Assembly (NCBI GenBank): GCA_973895155.1
Contig: OZ316895.1
Coordinates: forward strand, 18,609,880 to 18,673,879
Direction: 5' to 3'
DNA: 64,000 bases
From: Marsupella aquatica
Lineage: Eukaryota; Plantae; Marchantiophyta
Part shown: positions 60,240-64,000 of the stretch, piece after piece
Layout of the letters: every line of letters starts with the position of its first letter
How positions within the stretch are numbered: the first letter of the stretch is position 1
Made by a program: the position numbers and the translations under genes
The notes under the pieces: generated by a model
Told to the model about the DNA's origin: nothing
Seen by the model: only the letters and a program-made list of their open reading frames with translations
Database searches by the model: none

Positions 60240-63200
60240 ATGCCCATCACTCGTTCTCAAGCAGCTTACTTGAGGAGATTGACCAGCGAACGAGAAAGTG
60301 CAACCACAACAAGCTCCGACTCGTCGGGCTCGGAGGACTCGCAATCGTCCCGACGTATAAACATACCCCCAGGACCTTCGGGGTCCGGTTCGACCGGCCC
60401 TGCTGCGGTTCCACCACCACCACCACCACCACCTATGGCAGCCGCTCCACTGGTGGCCCGCGCTGCTCAAGCGCCTCCACAAATATCGCAACGATCGCGA
60501 TTTCATTATCGACCTTTCAAAGGGCGTCATGGGGATGATCCGGATGAATGGTTGGATGAGTTTGAAGCCACTACTAAAGCTAATGGGGAAGACGCCATTA
60601 AGCTAACTGTCCTCCCGGGAGTGATGCGGGGAGAAGCTCGTCCATGGTACAACTCGTTACCACCCGGGACTACTTGGGCACAATTCCAAGCTGCATTGCT
60701 GGAGGAGTTTTGTGCCATTGGATCAGAACAGCGTTCTCTATTAAAGATTGGCCAGCTTTGCATGGGAAAAAAAGAGTCCCTGCGGAAGTTCATTCAGAAG
60801 TTTCAGAAACTTGCGGCCAAGATCCGGCCCAGGCCAGGAGACGCGCTCCAGCTTACATGGTTCCTTCATGGTTTGCCCATGACTATGCAATTCTGGGTAC
60901 GCCAGAATAATCCAATTTCAATGCAGGCGGCCATAGCGTGCGCCGAAACTTACCAGGAGTCCACCTATAACTCCCGGCAGAGCCAGCGAGCACGCCGTAG
61001 GAAGGGTAAGTACGAAACCTTCAGTGACAATGACTCCGAATCGGACGACGAGAGGAAGAAGAAACGCAAGAAGAAGAAGAAACATCGTTTGACCTCGTCC
61101 AGCTCCGAGACGGAATCCAGTTCGGATTCAGCTTCAAGCATCGGATCCTCTACCTCCAGTTCATCAGGAAGTGACTCGGAGAGCGAAAGCCGGAGCAAAA
61201 AGAAGAAGAAACGAGTGAAGAAGGAGGGGAAGATTAAACCCCGGGCACGAAGAACGATACCAGATCCAAAGGCTGCCGAAGCAGACAAGCTGAACGAAAT
61301 CACGGATCGACTCAAAGCACTGTCAGTACATCTTGCGGAAAAGCCGGTGGAGAAGAAGAAGCCATCTGAGATTCGAGCCCATGCGTGGTGTTCAAAGTGC
61401 TTCCAATCCGGCCATGTGGTGCAGGAATGCCCAAGGTGGAAGAACCGAGTTCACCAAGTAGAGCTGGATGATGTTGACAACCCGGGCCCCGAATCGGAGT
61501 CCACGGAGTATTTCTTTGAGGACCCTCCTGATTCCGTGTACCAAATTTCAATGGTAGGTCCGCGTAATTTAGCGGGTAGAACTGCGTACCCCTACCCAAG
61601 TAATGGCCGGAGTTTCCAGGTTATCAGTAACCCGAGCATCCCTCCTAAGCCAGGGATTTGGCGGTCCCCGGTTTGTTACAACTGTGAAAAGCCAGGACAC
61701 TTTGCGAGGGAATGCACCGAACCAAGACGTCAGGGAGATGGCCGAGGCACCCCACTATGTCAAGTTTGCAAAACGGAGGCTCATTCCACGGCCAACTGTC
61801 CGTTGGTAATCGCTGCTCGAACGAGCGCGGCTAGACCGGCCCAGGCTGGACCAGTCATGAGCGATGCAGTCGTCCAAATGATTGCTGTAGAATGGCAAGA
61901 TGACAACACCGAGTGGGTGAATCTGGTGGACGTGGCGGAACATCCTAATCCATTGGATGAGGCCGAGTGCTACCAAGTGTCGACAAGGGCCGAACGGAAG
62001 GAAGAAAAGACAGAGGAGAAACGAAGGAAAAAGCAAGATACTACTCCGGTGCAGCCAGCGATAAATACACCCCCGGAAAAGGACGATGACTACCGACGGG
62101 ACGACCCGAAGCTGTTCTTCCCCCGCATCGAAGAATTGGTAAAGAAACAGCTGGAGGCTTACGAAGCTCGGGAATACCAGAAGGCAATCGATAAGGACAT
62201 CAAAGCAGCCGAGACAGCCCGGCGACAGGAGCAAGAAAAGCAAGATAAACAAGAGGAAGCCAAGCAGCAGCCAACGAAAGAAACAAAGGAGGACTATGAT
62301 ATTAAGGAGGACGTGAAGAGTTGCCCGGTTACAGCGACGGTGGGGCAACTGCTGCAGAACAACCCACAGTACAGACGACAACTGAGGGAGTTGCTCATGG
62401 GTCGCCGAAGGAGGAGACTACCCCGAGTTGGGAGTGCGGACTGCAACATGATATGCGAGGACCTTGGAGCGCCGGACATCTCGATCAAAATTAATAACTG
62501 TACCATCAAGATGGTTCTTGTAGACGGAGGAGCGGGAGTCAACATCATGACTGAAGAAACGTCAATCAAGTTAGGATACCTCACGTATCAACCCACGGTC
62601 CGAGCTATCAGATTAGCAAACGGGGCAAGGGTCCTCCCATTAGGCACGCTCACACGAGTGCTCACTCTGGTGGGAGGGGTAGAGTTCTATCTCAACTTCT
62701 TAGTCATGAGGCCGGTTCGTCCCTCCTCTTACCCGGTTCTTCTGGGCAGGCCGTGGTTGTACGGTGGCTGCGTAGTCACGGATTGGGGAAAGAAGGAGCT
62801 ACGGTTCGGGGAACCCACCGTACGGGTATCCTGGGCAATGGACGATTATCAGGGAGAAACCCCACAAGGACCCGAGGAATATGATTCGGAGACCTCGGAG
62901 GAAGAGGAACTCAATATGATCGAACTCATCTCGTCCCTATCCGAGGAAGATGTCTTCGGAGTTGAAGCAACCCGAGAAACACATCTCCTAAATTACCCGA
63001 GGGCTGCCATTGTGTCCACCCCAAGCACATCTACTGTCGGGGATGAGGAAACACACGAACAACTCGTCAAGACGGAGGACACGGCTCCAGCTAAGCAGGG
63101 AGCCGAGGCTACTCCTTCCATTTCAGAGCCACGTAACCATGAACCAGCCCAACAACTGCCTGAGGCCGAAAACTCGAGACCGAGACATAAAAAGCGAGTC

Positions 63201-64000
63201 TCATGGGATCCGTCCATTCCGCAATTGGAGGAAGTAAACCCCATCCCGAGACCAATCCCGGCCCCACCCATGTACGGAGGAGTTCGGTTAGCTGAGCTTG
63301 ACGCGAGCCTGGACCCGAGTCTGCGAAACCAGGTTGAAGTCATCAGGAAGGAGCACTACCGGAAGTACACTATTGGGATGGACAAATCTTTTAACCTGGG
63401 CCACGCTCTGATGGGGAAGGCTGAAAAATCCATCCAAGCTTTGCTCAAGGAATATGAAGATGTGTTTGCATGGAGTCATCATGATTTAACAGGCGTCTCC
63501 CCCGAGTTGGGAGAACACACGATCGATCTGAACCTAGGAGCCCATGCGGTACGACAGCAACAACGTCACATGAATCCGAGGTACTCCATCTTAGTGAAGG
63601 AGGAAATTGATCGTCTCCTCGCCGCCGATATCATTTACCCGGTAATGGCCAGCGACTCGGTCTCTCCCATTGTCATTGTACCAAAGAAGGGAGGTACGGA
63701 TGGAAAACCTAAGATTCGTATCTGTCAGGACTACCGTAAGCTGAATGACGCAACCCGAAAAGACCATTACCCATTACCATTCACGGATATGGTTCTAGAT
63801 ATGGTGGCCCGAAATGAAATCTATACATTTCTTGACGGGTATTCAGGTTATAACCAAATCTGGATTCGTCTCGCGGATCAGCTCAAAACAACTTTCACTA
63901 CGGAGTGGGGGACGTTCGCATTTCGGAGGATGCCTTTTGGTCTGTGTAACGCCCCGGCCATGTTTCAGCGCCTTATGATGAATATCTTCCACGATTTCCT
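60240..64000 (+). CDS. gag-pol polyprotein of element F (single frame, runs off the window, so absent from the ORF track)
   Basis: ATG at 60240; DDPDEWLDEF, three CCHC knuckles, protease LVDGGAGVN and RT CQDYRKLN, FLDGYSGYNQI, MPFGLCNAPA all fall in one frame at the points checked. Confidence 0.88.
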   Translation, partial: MPITRSQAAYLRRLTSERESATTTSSDSSGSEDSQSSRRINIPPGPSGSGSTGPAAVPPPPPPPPMAAAPLVARAAQAPPQISQRSRFHYRPFKGRHGDDPDEWLDEFEATTKANGEDAIKLTVLPGVMRGEARPWYNSLPPGTTWAQFQAALLEEFCAIGSEQRSLLKIGQLCMGKKESLRKFIQKFQKLAAKIRPRPGDALQLTWFLHGLPMTMQFWVRQNNPISMQAAIACAETYQESTYNSRQSQRARRRKGKYETFSDNDSESDDERKKKRKKKKKHRLTSSSSETESSSDSASSIGSSTSSSSGSDSESESRSKKKKKRVKKEGKIKPRARRTIPDPKAAEADKLNEITDRLKALSVHLAEKPVEKKKPSEIRAHAWCSKCFQSGHVVQECPRWKNRVHQVELDDVDNPGPESESTEYFFEDPPDSVYQISMVGPRNLAGRTAYPYPSNGRSFQVISNPSIPPKPGIWRSPVCYNCEKPGHFARECTEPRRQGDGRGTPLCQVCKTEAHSTANCPLVIAARTSAARPAQAGPVMSDAVVQMIAVEWQDDNTEWVNLVDVAEHPNPLDEAECYQVSTRAERKEEKTEEKRRKKQDTTPVQPAINTPPEKDDDYRRDDPKLFFPRIEELVKKQLEAYEAREYQKAIDKDIKAAETARRQEQEKQDKQEEAKQQPTKETKEDYDIKEDVKSCPVTATVGQLLQNNPQYRRQLRELLMGRRRRRLPRVGSADCNMICEDLGAPDISIKINNCTIKMVLVDGGAGVNIMTEETSIKLGYLTYQPTVRAIRLANGARVLPLGTLTRVLTLVGGVEFYLNFLVMRPVRPSSYPVLLGRPWLYGGCVVTDWGKKELRFGEPTVRVSWAMDDYQGETPQGPEEYDSETSEEEELNMIELISSLSEEDVFGVEATRETHLLNYPRAAIVSTPSTSTVGDEETHEQLVKTEDTAPAKQGAEATPSISEPRNHEPAQQLPEAENSRPRHKKRVSWDPSIPQLEEVNPIPRPIPAPPMYGGVRLAELDASLDPSLRNQVEVIRKEHYRKYTIGMDKSFNLGHALMGKAEKSIQALLKEYEDVFAWSHHDLTGVSPELGEHTIDLNLGAHAVRQQQRHMNPRYSILVKEEIDRLLAADIIYPVMASDSVSPIVIVPKKGGTDGKPKIRICQDYRKLNDATRKDHYPLPFTDMVLDMVARNEIYTFLDGYSGYNQIWIRLADQLKTTFTTEWGTFAFRRMPFGLCNAPAMFQRLMMNIFHDF

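Larger units (their letters stand above)
56128..64000 (+). mobile_element. Ty3/Gypsy LTR retrotransposon family 2 (element F), runs off the window
   Basis: TG start at the breakpoint in the A LTR, LTR end ...CGTGACA, same PBS as family 1, gag-PR-RT distantly similar to family 1. Confidence 0.9.

Overview
Eukaryotic (plant-type, probably non-seed land plant; inference) heterochromatin-like window made entirely of nested transposable elements. No intact host gene is present. The outer element A is a + strand Ty3/Gypsy LTR retrotransposon (family 1; 5' LTR ends at 3806, 3' LTR starts at 55811). It carries a 1.7-kb solo LTR (4112-5807), a 260-bp foreign fragment, a - strand family-1 copy B (9780-54441, TSD AACCT) and, in its 3' LTR, a related family-2 element F (56128 to beyond 64000). 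B contains a third family-1 copy C (17635-46872, TSD GTCCT), whose 5' LTR is split by a complete 18.2-kb CACTA/EnSpm DNA transposon (25528-43770, TIR CACTAGAAGAA, TSD TTG). Most notable: (1) the CACTA carries intact co-oriented cargo ORFs: an EDM2-type PHD-finger cluster with a histone-H3-tail-like N-terminus, a tandem BRCT protein resembling the Pol lambda BRCT, and a Cys-rich ORF, plus a decayed RPL18a exon; (2) both Gypsy families have 4-4.7 kb LTRs that contain a homologous 880-1220 aa coiled-coil ORF inside the LTR; (3) family 1 has a conserved candidate -1 ribosomal frameshift signal between protease and RT; (4) the solo LTR holds an array of about 11 palindromic 20-mers. All homology calls are from motif recognition by eye, not database searches.
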